A DNA stretch of 64,000 bases, from IMG/VR virus record IMGVR_UViG_3300027859_000009, positions 16,535-80,534 of that record; one strand, given 5' to 3'. The notes under the pieces are model-generated. The model searched no databases. It was not told where the DNA came from and was given only the letters and a program-made list of their open reading frames with translations. Shown here piece after piece: positions 1-10,123 of the stretch. Source of the DNA: a virus. Both the position numbers and the translations under genes were made by a program. Position 1 is the stretch's first letter. The number at the start of each line of letters is the position of its first letter.

Positions 1-16
1 CCCTTTAGGGTCTGTC

Positions 17-1051
17 ATGTCAGAAAGCGATTTTAGCGAAGTTACAGAATATATTGATACTGGAAATTATCACCTTAATGCATGTGTAAGTGGTTCACTT
101 TTTGGTGGATGGCCAAACAGTCGAACTTGTGCATTAGCTGGACCTTCCGGAACAGGTAAAACTTTTCTTATTTTAAATAGTATTAAAAGGGCAATCGATA
201 TGGGTTACAGCATCGTCTTCTATGATTCTGAAGCTGCAGTTGATAGACAATTAATGAAAAAGTTTGGAATTGACGTGAGTAAAGTTAACTACCAACCGAT
301 TAATACTGTTCAGGCATTTAGACATTCAGTAACTACAATTACTACAAAGATGCAAGAAGTCAAAGCAGCAGGTGGAGAAGTTCCAAAATTAATGATTATT
401 CTTGATAGTGCTGGTAACTTGGCAACTCAAAAAGAAATTAATGATGCAGTAAGTGGAAGTGAAAAAGCAGATATGACAAGAGCAAAAATTCTTAAATCAA
501 TTTTTAGAATTATAATGACTCCATTAGCAGATCTGAAAATTCCTTTCCTATTTACAAACCACACTTATATGTCGCAAGGTTTTATTGCACAGCAAATTGC
601 AGGTGGTGGAACTGGACCAGAATACGCAGCATCAATTGTTCTATTTTTAAATAAAGCACAATTAAAAGAAGGTACTGAAAAAACCGGAATTATTGTTACA
701 GCAAAACCAAATAAAAACAGATTTGCAAAACCAACACCAATCAAATTCCATTTACACTTTACAAAAGGAATGAATAGATATGTAGGTTTAGAACAATATG
801 CATCATGGGATATTTGTGGAGTAGCAAGAGGAACTATTGTAAAAGGTGAAAAAGTATTAAAAGAAACCGCAAGAACTTGGGTTTGCAAACATCTAGACAC
901 AACGGTTTCAAATGCTGACTTTTTTACAGACAAGGTTTTTACCAAAGAAGTACTAGAAAAAATAAACGAACATATCCAGCCAATATTCAACTATAACGAT
1001 ATTTCACACGATGTTGATGTTGATGAAATCTTAGAAGAGACAACAGAATGA
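17..1051 (+). CDS. uvsX: RecA-like recombinase (UvsX); true start probably lies upstream of the window
   Basis: Walker A GPSGTGKT, YDSE, LDSAGNL, NHTY and GGG motifs of UvsX/RecA; frame is open to the window edge. Confidence 0.93.
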   Translation: MSESDFSEVTEYIDTGNYHLNACVSGSLFGGWPNSRTCALAGPSGTGKTFLILNSIKRAIDMGYSIVFYDSEAAVDRQLMKKFGIDVSKVNYQPINTVQAFRHSVTTITTKMQEVKAAGGEVPKLMIILDSAGNLATQKEINDAVSGSEKADMTRAKILKSIFRIIMTPLADLKIPFLFTNHTYMSQGFIAQQIAGGGTGPEYAASIVLFLNKAQLKEGTEKTGIIVTAKPNKNRFAKPTPIKFHLHFTKGMNRYVGLEQYASWDICGVARGTIVKGEKVLKETARTWVCKHLDTTVSNADFFTDKVFTKEVLEKINEHIQPIFNYNDISHDVDVDEILEETTE

Positions 1052-1347
1052 TTTTACAGATAGACGAAGATAAATTACCCATAAAATATATTTTGGGAAT
1101 ACATGAGTCTTTACCAGAATATCCAACAGGTTTTGATATTTTATATGAAAAAATCAGAAGACATATTGGTGAAGATAGCAGAGGTAATTTTACCAAACAT
1201 GCTTCTATGAAATATCATTTAAAAGATGTAGAAGAATCTAAAGTAGATTTAGCATTAGAAGAATTGATAAATGACGGTTGGATACGAACAATAAATGAAA
1301 CAGAAGGCAAAGAGTCTTATAAAATACTTAAAAACCCATTTATATGA
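1048..1347 (+). CDS. hypothetical protein (possible winged helix)
   Basis: ORF with ATGA overlaps to both neighbours. Confidence 0.6.
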   Translation: MILQIDEDKLPIKYILGIHESLPEYPTGFDILYEKIRRHIGEDSRGNFTKHASMKYHLKDVEESKVDLALEELINDGWIRTINETEGKESYKILKNPFI

Positions 1348-2660
1348 ATTTTAGTCAAGATTACGAAAAAATATTTTTTAGACTTTCTTTAGAAAAAACA
1401 AAGTACCTTACTACAATAAAATCAGGTTTTTACTCTTCTGAAGAAATTGATATATTGTCAAATCTTTCTTTAAAATTTTATAATAAATTTAATGAAACTC
1501 CTAAAAAAGACCAGCTTAAATTATTAGTTGACAATGCACCTGGAGCTAAAGATAGAATAAGTGATAATATTATAAATATAATATTTGATGTAAGCCTAGA
1601 AGAATATGACGAGGAATGGTTATTATCTACTGCAGAATCATGGATAAAATGGAGAAATTTTGATACAACTTTAAACGATACTATTGAATTTGTAAAAACA
1701 ACATCAGTAACTCCAGAAAATACAGACCATATAATTTCAAAAGTAAAGACATTAATTAATGAAAGAAATAATCTTACTTTTAATAGCGATATAGGTTTAG
1801 ATTTCTTTGATGTAGACTCACATGACCAAAAAAGTACTGAAAAAATCAGTTCCGGATATAACTTTTTAGATAGAGTTTTAGAAGGCGGTTATGATAAAGG
1901 CGGTAACTTGGTAGTGTATGCTGGAGAACAAAACATTGGTAAATCAATATATTTAGCAAATGATGCTGCTGAATTTGTTAAAGCAGGTACAAATACTGCT
2001 GTAATTACAGCGGAAATGGCAGCTCACAAATTTGTTAAAAGAATAGGTTCGAACCTCTTAAGCATTCCAATTAATGAATATACTGAAAAGTCTAAAAATA
2101 AAGACTATGTAAAAAGAAAATTAGAAACAGTAGGAAATGGTTTTACTCCTCCAGGAAGTTTATTTATCAAACAAATGCCAACTTCACAGGCAACTGTATT
2201 GGATATTGAAGCACATCTTTCTCAAATAGAAGAAGAAAAAGGAATAAAATTAGGCGCTGTAGTTATTGACTACATAAACATATTGTGTAATTATAGAAAC
2301 CCAAATAGTGAAAATACTTACATGAAAATTAAACAAATTGCAGAAGACCTTAGGGCAATGGGTGTAAGAAATAACTGGCTAATAATAACAGCAACTCAGA
2401 TAACAAGAAATGGTTATAATTCAACAGACATTACAATGAACGACATTGCTGAATCTGCAGGTTTATCGCATACTGCAGATGTAATGTTAGGAATTATTCA
2501 AGATGATATTATGAGAGCAAATGACGAGTATTGGCTTAAAATACTTAAAATAAGAGATGGTGAAGGTAAAGGTACAAAGTGCAAGCTTGATATCAATTGG
2601 AACTATCTAAGATTAAATGAAACTGATGAAATAACAACAAGCAATATACATTCAATATGA
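1344..2660 (+). CDS. gp41: replicative DnaB-like helicase (T4 gp41-like)
   Basis: GEQNIGKS Walker A, TAEM, VIDYIN, TATQITR and ESAGL motifs. Confidence 0.93.
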   Translation: MNFSQDYEKIFFRLSLEKTKYLTTIKSGFYSSEEIDILSNLSLKFYNKFNETPKKDQLKLLVDNAPGAKDRISDNIINIIFDVSLEEYDEEWLLSTAESWIKWRNFDTTLNDTIEFVKTTSVTPENTDHIISKVKTLINERNNLTFNSDIGLDFFDVDSHDQKSTEKISSGYNFLDRVLEGGYDKGGNLVVYAGEQNIGKSIYLANDAAEFVKAGTNTAVITAEMAAHKFVKRIGSNLLSIPINEYTEKSKNKDYVKRKLETVGNGFTPPGSLFIKQMPTSQATVLDIEAHLSQIEEEKGIKLGAVVIDYINILCNYRNPNSENTYMKIKQIAEDLRAMGVRNNWLIITATQITRNGYNSTDITMNDIAESAGLSHTADVMLGIIQDDIMRANDEYWLKILKIRDGEGKGTKCKLDINWNYLRLNETDEITTSNIHSI

Positions 2661-3097
2661 GAAAAAAGACAGACAAAATATTTGATAATAATTTTGATTC
2701 ACCGGAAAGTGAATTTGGTGGAAAAATATCTTTTAATTTAGACCCTAGTTTAGCAAGCGCAGATGAAGAAGATACTATTTATAGAGTTATGCTACAAAAA
2801 GAAATTCATGATTTAATTAATAATTCTAGATTTAGAAAATTTAACGAAATAGATGAATTTGCAAATGCAATAAAATTAAAAAAATTAGACATTAATGAGG
2901 TGTACGGTTTCATGTTAGATGAATTGCTAGCAAATTATTCTAGAATAGATATATTTTCTGAAATGTCGAGTTATTTTAATATTCATCCTACAAAATTTTA
3001 CAATTCATTATCTAATATATTTAAAGAAGGTTTAATAGAAGAACTAGATAAAAAAACCGGAGTACTTTCTAGAAAAAACATTAATAAATTATTTTAA
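2657..3097 (+). CDS. hypothetical protein
   Basis: Tightly coupled ORF between helicase and gp47. Confidence 0.6.
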   Translation: MRKKTDKIFDNNFDSPESEFGGKISFNLDPSLASADEEDTIYRVMLQKEIHDLINNSRFRKFNEIDEFANAIKLKKLDINEVYGFMLDELLANYSRIDIFSEMSSYFNIHPTKFYNSLSNIFKEGLIEELDKKTGVLSRKNINKLF

Positions 3098-3098
3098 T

Positions 3099-4214
3099 AT
3101 GATAAATCAAAAAGATTTAAAAAAACCAGTAAAAAGGGTTTGGGTCTTAGGTGATTTACATTTTGGAGTCAGATCAAATTCTTTAGAATGGTTAGAAATT
3201 CAAAAAGACTTTTTTGAAAACCTATTTATTCCTACACTTAAGAAACACTATAGACCTGGAGATGTTTTAGTGCAAGTAGGAGATACTTTTGATAATAGAC
3301 AGAGTATTAATATAAGAGTTTTAAATTATGCTATAAACTTATTTGAAAGATTAGGTGAAATTCTTCCAGTTCATATCATTGTCGGTAACCATGATATATG
3401 GGCTAAAAAATCAAATAGTGTAACTTCAATCGATAGTCTTAAATGGATACCCAACGTTCAAGTTTATACTGATCCGGAGATGTATGATTGGAATGATAGA
3501 AAAATATTACTTATGCCATGGAGAAGAGATTCTGCACATGAAGCAGAGACTCTTGCTGATAACCCAACAAGTGAAATAGTATTTTGCCATTCAGAAGTCC
3601 GTGGAATTTATCTTAATTCTAAAGTTAAGAATCAACATGGAAATGAAAGTAATATTTATGATAAATATACAAGGGTTTATAGCGGACATATTCATTACAG
3701 ACAAGAAAAAAATAAACTCTTAATGGTTGGGGTTCCATATCAACTTACCCGATCAGACATGAATAATACTAAAGGATTTGATTTGGTAGATTTAGAAACA
3801 ATGGAAGAGACTTTCTTTGAAAATAATATCAGTCCTAAATTTTTAAGGTACAATATTAAAATGCTATATGATATGAGTCTTGGTAATTTTAAAGAGCAAA
3901 TAGAAAATAATTTTATAGACCTTTACGTACCATCTGATGTTGCAACAACCTCAGCACTCTCAAATCTTATTAATAAAGTACAAAAAATCGGTAGAAAAAT
4001 AGAACCAAATATTTATCAAGAAGATAATATGATTGATAAAGACCTCTACGATATCGATGAAATAGAAGAAATGCAAAAGAATTATAGTGTTTTAGGTTTA
4101 TGTGAGAAGTTTATAGATTCATCTCACTATGATAAAAAACTGAAAAAAGAAATAAAACAAAAATTAGAAACTCTCTATAACTCCTGCGTAAACAACTATG
4201 ATACAGACCAATGA
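3099..4214 (+). CDS. gp47: recombination nuclease, Mre11/SbcD-like (gp47)
   Basis: GDLHFG, GDTFD, GNHD and SGHIH phosphoesterase motifs; precedes SMC ATPase. Confidence 0.92.
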   Translation: MINQKDLKKPVKRVWVLGDLHFGVRSNSLEWLEIQKDFFENLFIPTLKKHYRPGDVLVQVGDTFDNRQSINIRVLNYAINLFERLGEILPVHIIVGNHDIWAKKSNSVTSIDSLKWIPNVQVYTDPEMYDWNDRKILLMPWRRDSAHEAETLADNPTSEIVFCHSEVRGIYLNSKVKNQHGNESNIYDKYTRVYSGHIHYRQEKNKLLMVGVPYQLTRSDMNNTKGFDLVDLETMEETFFENNISPKFLRYNIKMLYDMSLGNFKEQIENNFIDLYVPSDVATTSALSNLINKVQKIGRKIEPNIYQEDNMIDKDLYDIDEIEEMQKNYSVLGLCEKFIDSSHYDKKLKKEIKQKLETLYNSCVNNYDTDQ

Positions 4215-5881
4215 GAATAAATAGTATAGAATTTAAAAACTTTGCAAGTTACGGAAATACTATTCAAAAGATAGAATTTGGTGATGAAGCTCAACTATAT
4301 TTAACGTTGGGAAAGAATGGTCACGGAAAAACTACAATTGCTAATAGTATTATTTATGCCCTTTATGGAAAGGTAGAAGGTGTAAAATTGGCAGATCTGC
4401 CAAATAGAATCAATAAAGAATTATGGGTAAAAATCAATTTAACATGTAAAGACATGCAGGTTGAGATTGAAAGAGGTCTTATGCCCGGAAGATTTAAAGT
4501 CATGGTAAATGGTGTTGAATTTGACAAGGCTGGAAAAAGATCGGTACAAGAGTATTTGGAAGATGAGATATTCGGTATACCCTACCACGTCTTTAAAAAC
4601 ATTATTATTTTAAGTATTAATGATTTTAAGTCTTTTTTAACCATGTCATCAGGTGATAAGAAACAGATAATCGATAAAATGTTCGGCTTCTCTGTCTTAA
4701 ATGATATGTTTAGAGAGGTTAAAGAAGAGAGAAAACAGATTAAAATGGAAGTTGACTCTTATAATTCTGAACTGAATCAGATTATGGAATCAATTTCTTC
4801 TGTAAAATATAAACTTAATAATCTTTTAGAAGAGAGTTCTAAAAAAGATAAGGCAAAAATAGAAGAGTTAAAAGAAAATCTTTTAGGTTATGGAGAAGAT
4901 ATTCAAAAGCTGAATGAAGCTAAATCTTCTATTTCTACAAAACTGGAAGAGTATTCTGAAGTTACTACAAAAACTTCAAATGAAGAAGGAGACCTTGTCA
5001 GAGAAAATAGATATATTGAAGATAAAATAGAGCTTTATAAAAAGGGTAAATGTCCAACTTGCGAAACAAGTTTAACTTCAACCGAGCATTTGAATAGACT
5101 TGCTGATTGGAAAGTTGACAAGGAAACAAATGAATCTAAAATAGATGAACTTAAAACTTTGATAAAAGATACTGAAGAAAAAGTATCAGCCCTTAAAACT
5201 AAAAAGAAACAAGTAGAGACCAGATCGACAAGCATCAAATATTCTATTAAAGAAATAAAGGACGAGCTGATTAAAATAAAAGAGACTACAAAAAACGCTA
5301 GTCAATTTCAGCATCTTAAACAGATAATAAAAGACTTTGAAAAAACAGAAAAAGAAAAAAGTAAAAAGAAGGTTGTTGTAGAAAAAGAAGACGCCTTTAT
5401 GACTATTCTTGAAGAAGTTTTAGGAGAAGATGGAGTTAAAAACTTGGCAGTAAAAACTATCCTACCTGGATTAAATGCAAATATTGCAATGATGGTTCAA
5501 ACAATGCACCTTCCATTCCATATTAAATTTGACGAAAAGTTCAATTGTATAGTAAATCATTTAGGAGAAGAAATTAACCCGTTAACACTGTCAACAGGAG
5601 AGAGAAAGAAAGCTGACTTTATAGTTATAATAGCTATTATAAAAATATTAAAACTGAGATTCCCTCAATTAAATCTAATGTTCTTAGACGAACTATTAAG
5701 CTCTGTCGACCAAGACGGAGTCTACAATATTCTCAAAATATTAAATGAGGTTATAAAAGAGAATGGATTAAATACATTTGTAATAAATCACACTGAATTA
5801 CCACATGAAATTTTCGACCAAAAAATACAAATATATAGAGAAAACGGCTTCTCTAAATTTGAGATAGAGAAGATTGATTAA
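4211..5881 (+). CDS. gp46: recombination ATPase, Rad50/SbcC-like (gp46)
   Basis: GKNGHGKTT, CPTC zinc hook, LSTGE signature, FLDE Walker B. Confidence 0.93.
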   Translation: MRINSIEFKNFASYGNTIQKIEFGDEAQLYLTLGKNGHGKTTIANSIIYALYGKVEGVKLADLPNRINKELWVKINLTCKDMQVEIERGLMPGRFKVMVNGVEFDKAGKRSVQEYLEDEIFGIPYHVFKNIIILSINDFKSFLTMSSGDKKQIIDKMFGFSVLNDMFREVKEERKQIKMEVDSYNSELNQIMESISSVKYKLNNLLEESSKKDKAKIEELKENLLGYGEDIQKLNEAKSSISTKLEEYSEVTTKTSNEEGDLVRENRYIEDKIELYKKGKCPTCETSLTSTEHLNRLADWKVDKETNESKIDELKTLIKDTEEKVSALKTKKKQVETRSTSIKYSIKEIKDELIKIKETTKNASQFQHLKQIIKDFEKTEKEKSKKKVVVEKEDAFMTILEEVLGEDGVKNLAVKTILPGLNANIAMMVQTMHLPFHIKFDEKFNCIVNHLGEEINPLTLSTGERKKADFIVIIAIIKILKLRFPQLNLMFLDELLSSVDQDGVYNILKILNEVIKENGLNTFVINHTELPHEIFDQKIQIYRENGFSKFEIEKID

Positions 5882-5895
5882 AAATATTTGATATT

Positions 5896-6207
5896 ATGAA
5901 AATATTAGAAACATTCAACCAGTTTATTAATGAATCAGTAAATGTTGATGAATTAATAAAAGGTCTAGAAAAAGAATTCTCTTGGAATCAAGGATCTGCT
6001 AAAGAAATGACAACAAGTCCTGATTTTGCTTTTAGAAGAGGTGCTAAAGATGATAAAAACATTTTTATAACATATAGCGGTATGAAAGGCCAGTCAATTG
6101 CAAAAGATATTAGACAGTTTATCAAAGATTCCGGTGCAAAAGCATTACAAGTTGAAAAAGAAAACGGCGATAACGAGCACTATTACCATATAGAAATTAA
6201 AAGATAA
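5896..6207 (+). CDS. putative internal head protein with capsid-targeting-like N-terminus
   Basis: N-terminus MKILETFNQFINES resembles T4 CTS MKTYQEFIAE. Confidence 0.5.
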   Translation: MKILETFNQFINESVNVDELIKGLEKEFSWNQGSAKEMTTSPDFAFRRGAKDDKNIFITYSGMKGQSIAKDIRQFIKDSGAKALQVEKENGDNEHYYHIEIKR

Positions 6208-6208
6208 T

Positions 6209-6973
6209 ATGGCAACTTATAACTTAAAGTTTAATAAAGATGATAGTGTGGTTAGACACCTTATTATTGGCTTGCTTGCCGACTTAAATAAAAAAGTAAC
6301 ATTTTGGAGACAGTTAGACAATGAAACACGGTCATTAGTAGACGTTCCATTTTACTACTCAATAACAGGCGATGAAAATTTTGTAAAAGATAATTTTTTA
6401 TTTTCTACAGCAAATGGTCTAGATTGTGCACCCAATCCTGAAAAAGCAGATGGTAATTATGACGCTGTACCTAGAGGAGTAGTCAACATGTCGTCATTAT
6501 CAATAGATGCTTCTAAATTAATTAATAAAAGGAATAGAGGTAATTTTTCTAAAATGACTGACCAGGGAATTTTAGAAGGTTATCAAGCTGAATTTGAATT
6601 AATTCCAATAACAGTAGGTGTAGATATTGAAATAATACTTTCTAGCCAATTAGATATTTTTAAATGCAGCGAAGAAATAATTAAAAGACTTTACAAATCA
6701 AATCAATATAATGTCGAAGTAGGTCACTTAGACGAAGGACTTTATAGAATGGCAGCATACTATGCAATGCCAGATGAATATTCAAACGAAAGACCGGTAG
6801 AATTTTCTTTTGATGATAAAGGACAATATAAAATAACATTTAGTTTAGAAATTAACTCTTTTATTCCTTCTATAAACTTCGATACAGAACAACATGCTGG
6901 AAATAGGGTGTTTGGTTTTACTAGCGGATTGACTGACGGTAAAGAAATAGACCAACAACAAACAAATCAATAA
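6209..6973 (+). CDS. tail terminator / sheath stabiliser (gp15-like)
   Basis: VPFYY...PRG...P-I-T-V-x-x-D-I-E-I pattern resembles gp15; 254 aa. Confidence 0.6.
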   Translation: MATYNLKFNKDDSVVRHLIIGLLADLNKKVTFWRQLDNETRSLVDVPFYYSITGDENFVKDNFLFSTANGLDCAPNPEKADGNYDAVPRGVVNMSSLSIDASKLINKRNRGNFSKMTDQGILEGYQAEFELIPITVGVDIEIILSSQLDIFKCSEEIIKRLYKSNQYNVEVGHLDEGLYRMAAYYAMPDEYSNERPVEFSFDDKGQYKITFSLEINSFIPSINFDTEQHAGNRVFGFTSGLTDGKEIDQQQTNQ

Positions 6974-7013
6974 TTTTTAAAGGATATATAAAAAAAATAA
7001 AATAATATTAAAA

Positions 7014-8168
7014 ATGGCAAAAGTTACACAAAACATTATCTCGCCTATTCATGTTAATGAAGACGAATCTACCTACATTTCTTTAGATGGTAAGGCGTTT
7101 TTAGTAAAAGAAAACGAGATTACAGAAGCAGAAATGACATCGGCACCAAACGAGTTTAAAAACCTAGTAGTGGCCCTTGATAAATTTAAAGTTACAAACG
7201 AAGGAGTTGCATGGTATCATGGAATTTCTAGATTTAGATATAATAAAGAAGATAATAAATTCTTTATTTCTAACTCAGAAGTTTTAAGTGAAAGTTTTAA
7301 AAACCACTTATTAGCAACAGGACTTGTAAGCTACTCTTTAAATCCAATGATTGACTTATTTGAAAATGCAGCTAAAAATCATGATAAATTTGTATCATTA
7401 GAATTTGCTAGTAAAATTTCAAATAAGAATATCCACTGCTATGTTATGGAGCAAAATGGAAATTTCTTTGTATATAAAATCAATGAATCAAATAAAATCT
7501 ATAAGTTTGAAAAAATGACTGCTAGTGAATGTTTTGATTATGTTAAAGAGCAAACTGGCCACGAATTAATAATGGCTTCAGAATTACTTGAGGGTGAAAG
7601 AGCTCAAGCAGCTGAAACTCACAAGAAAATAGAGATTTTAGAACAAATGATAGCATTCTTAAAAGACCAAAGAGGAGTTATTGCAGAAGCTGATAAATCT
7701 ATTGAAGAAATAAAAGAAGCAGATACTTTAATTAATTCAGAAATCAAAAGATTAGAAGAAGAAATTTTAAAAATAGAAGAAGCTAAAAACGAAGGAGAAG
7801 GAAATGACCCAGTAGAATTAGAAGATGAAACTAACGAAGTTGATTCTGACGAAGCTAGAGAAGAATTAGGAGAAGAAGCAGATAAAGAAGTACCTGAAGA
7901 CGAAGGAGAAGAAGGTGCAAAAGAAGTAGCTGAAAAAAAAACTAACGAGGCCGAGCTAGAAGAAGACCACGTTAGCAGAACTAATGGTTATGTTCCTGGA
8001 ACTCTTAAATTTGGAATCGAAAAATATGCTGAAGGAACTGAAGTAAAAGTAGATGCAGAAGGTTACACAACATCAGGTCAAGATGAATCAATTACTGTTT
8101 TTGTAGGAGATACTCCAGTAAAAGTTACTAAAAGAGAAGTTGCATTAGCAGATACTGAAACAATTTAA
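7014..8168 (+). CDS. acidic late (probably virion/prohead) protein
   Basis: Follows late motif GATATATA at 6983; coiled coil and acidic stretch. Confidence 0.5.
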   Translation: MAKVTQNIISPIHVNEDESTYISLDGKAFLVKENEITEAEMTSAPNEFKNLVVALDKFKVTNEGVAWYHGISRFRYNKEDNKFFISNSEVLSESFKNHLLATGLVSYSLNPMIDLFENAAKNHDKFVSLEFASKISNKNIHCYVMEQNGNFFVYKINESNKIYKFEKMTASECFDYVKEQTGHELIMASELLEGERAQAAETHKKIEILEQMIAFLKDQRGVIAEADKSIEEIKEADTLINSEIKRLEEEILKIEEAKNEGEGNDPVELEDETNEVDSDEAREELGEEADKEVPEDEGEEGAKEVAEKKTNEAELEEDHVSRTNGYVPGTLKFGIEKYAEGTEVKVDAEGYTTSGQDESITVFVGDTPVKVTKREVALADTETI

Positions 8169-8190
8169 AAAAATAGTCTATAATATACAG

Positions 8191-8559
8191 ATGAAAAAAG
8201 TAAACAATTTTGAAAGTTTTTTAAATGAAGGATTTAGCCAAGCTTACAACACCAGAACGCTAAAAGGTATTACATTTTCGTTACCACCATGGGAGCACGT
8301 AGATGATATGTTTAAAAAAGGAGATGAATTTGAAATAGCCTTTAATCAAAGAGCAGATACTGAAAAAATTTGGAATGACATTAGAAAGGCTCAAAAAGAA
8401 CATAAAGCTGTTAAGGCAATGAATATTGGTTGGATGTCAAATGAATTTCATGATGCTATCATTTCAGTTAAAGATGGAAATTACCCAGGTTTGACATATC
8501 TTTTTAAAGCATTAGATAAACATTATGGTAAATTCGGCGCAGCGATGGGTTGGAGATAA
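8191..8559 (+). CDS. putative internal head protein with capsid-targeting-like N-terminus
   Basis: N-terminus MKKVNNFESFLNEG. Confidence 0.5.
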   Translation: MKKVNNFESFLNEGFSQAYNTRTLKGITFSLPPWEHVDDMFKKGDEFEIAFNQRADTEKIWNDIRKAQKEHKAVKAMNIGWMSNEFHDAIISVKDGNYPGLTYLFKALDKHYGKFGAAMGWR

Positions 8560-8579
8560 ACACCAAATAAACTTACTAC

Positions 8580-8611
8580 AAAGGGCTAAATGAAACATTT
8601 GGCCCTTTTTT
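8580..8611 (+). terminator. intrinsic terminator overlapping a class II promoter
   Basis: AAAGGGCTAAATG-AAA-CATTTGGCCCTTTTTT hairpin with U-tract. Confidence 0.75.
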
Positions 8612-8618
8612 CATATAA
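8593..8618 (+). promoter_or_regulatory. class II (putative middle) promoter AAAC-N17-TATAA upstream of gp55
   Basis: Same motif and 17-nt spacing at 10 intergenic sites. Confidence 0.65.
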
Positions 8619-8638
8619 TAAAGTAAAATATACAAATA

Positions 8639-9019
8639 ATGCCTAGAAAAAAGAATTATTTAAACAACAAAGACCTTAGAGAGCAAATAATAATTTCTTT
8701 AGAACAAGATGAATTAACTAGAGAAGCTCAAAAAATGCTACAATTATTGGCTGAAAAAACAATTAATAAATTAAGATATGCTAATGAGGATGATAGAAAG
8801 GATTGCCTTCAATTCGCTCTTTTAGACCTTTTAAAATATTGGAGAGGTTACAAGCCTCAATACCCAAATGCATTTGCATATTATACTGAAATAGCAAAAA
8901 GAGGTTATGCAAAAGGATGGAATAAACTTCATCCCCACAAATATAAAGGAACGCTTTCAATGGATAGAATTAATTCTAATGATAGCGATTCAGGAAATTC
9001 AGGAATGTTTAATATTTAA
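8639..9019 (+). CDS. gp55: late-transcription sigma factor (T4 gp55-like)
   Basis: NYLNNKDL N-terminus and NAFAYYTEIA motif typical of gp55. Confidence 0.82.
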   Translation: MPRKKNYLNNKDLREQIIISLEQDELTREAQKMLQLLAEKTINKLRYANEDDRKDCLQFALLDLLKYWRGYKPQYPNAFAYYTEIAKRGYAKGWNKLHPHKYKGTLSMDRINSNDSDSGNSGMFNI

Positions 9020-9020
9020 A

Positions 9021-9494
9021 ATGTCCATAAAAAATAATAAGCCTTCTGGCAATTCCAACTGGAATCAGGGTTATTATAACCCTGTATATCCCCAAAAATA
9101 CACTGGAAAAGGACCTATTATATATAGAAGCTCATGGGAGTTAAAATTTATGAAAATGTGCGATAATAGAGAAGATATTGTACTATGGTCAAGTGAACCG
9201 GTAGAAATAAAATATTGGAGTTCGCTTGACAATAAAGAACATTCATATTTTCCAGATTTTTATATCAAAGTTAAAAAAGATGAAAGTTTTGAAGAAACTT
9301 TGATAGAAATTAAACCAGAAGAGCAAATAAAAAAACCACAACCACCTACAAAAAATAGTAAACAAGCTCTTAAAAACTATAAATTTCTTGCAGAGCAGTT
9401 CATAAAAAATAGAGATAAATATAAATATGCACAAGAATGGGCAAAGTCAAGAGGCTGGAGATTTGTAGTCATGACAGAAAAAAGTCTTAAATAA
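9021..9494 (+). CDS. gp4: head completion nuclease (gp4-like, TnsA-type fold)
   Basis: QGYYNP..KY.G, YRSSWE, WSSE, YFPDF, EIKP motifs; start moved to ATG 9021. Confidence 0.85.
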   Translation: MSIKNNKPSGNSNWNQGYYNPVYPQKYTGKGPIIYRSSWELKFMKMCDNREDIVLWSSEPVEIKYWSSLDNKEHSYFPDFYIKVKKDESFEETLIEIKPEEQIKKPQPPTKNSKQALKNYKFLAEQFIKNRDKYKYAQEWAKSRGWRFVVMTEKSLK

Positions 9495-10084
9495 TGGGTC
9501 AAGTTAGAAACGATATAAAAAAACTAATTAAAGAAAATGGAAGTTTAGCTAAGGCTTCTTCTGCTTCTCAAGATTGGTTTGATGCTGGTAAAAAATCTGT
9601 AAATGAAAAAGGTGCAAGTTTTACCTCTAAAAGGTTTTTTCCAGGAAAAATATACATTTTTAGATATACGCCTTTAAATTCAAAAAATCTACCATGGTTT
9701 GATAAAAACCCAGTAGTTTTAGCTTTAGACCCTGCAGGTGCAAATGATGTTGGAATAAATTTAAACCTTTTACCAAAAGATGTAAAAGAAAATTTATTAG
9801 ATAAGGTATATAGTATGTTTGAGGCAGAAATTAAAAGTAATTCAGTAGGAGGTGCAGCAAATAACGTTAAAAGACAAAAGCATCTATCAATGACTTGGGA
9901 AAATATGAAAGGTTTTTTAAAAGGACCTGGATATGATTTTGCGTTAAGGCAATACATTGTTGGTAGAAAGTCTGCACAGGCATTTGTTAGTTATGAAAAC
10001 TGGGCAAAAATAGTATTATGTGATTTTGCAGATTTGCAAGGAACTTCGTATGCTGAATTAGAAAGGCTTTTTAAAAAGAAATAG
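9494..10084 (+). CDS. gp2: DNA end protector (gp2-like)
   Basis: PGKIYIFRY.P...LPWFDKNP.V, GINLNLLP, RQY motifs. Confidence 0.8.
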   Translation: MGQVRNDIKKLIKENGSLAKASSASQDWFDAGKKSVNEKGASFTSKRFFPGKIYIFRYTPLNSKNLPWFDKNPVVLALDPAGANDVGINLNLLPKDVKENLLDKVYSMFEAEIKSNSVGGAANNVKRQKHLSMTWENMKGFLKGPGYDFALRQYIVGRKSAQAFVSYENWAKIVLCDFADLQGTSYAELERLFKKK

Positions 10085-10123
10085 AATAAAAAGAATATAT
10101 AAATTGAAAAAGTATTAAAAATT

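Noticed and set aside
8907-9494. TnsA-like transposase and the 8907 start
   Set aside because: Context (gp55-gp4-gp2-portal) indicates head completion protein; the 8907 start overlaps gp55, so ATG 9021 is preferred
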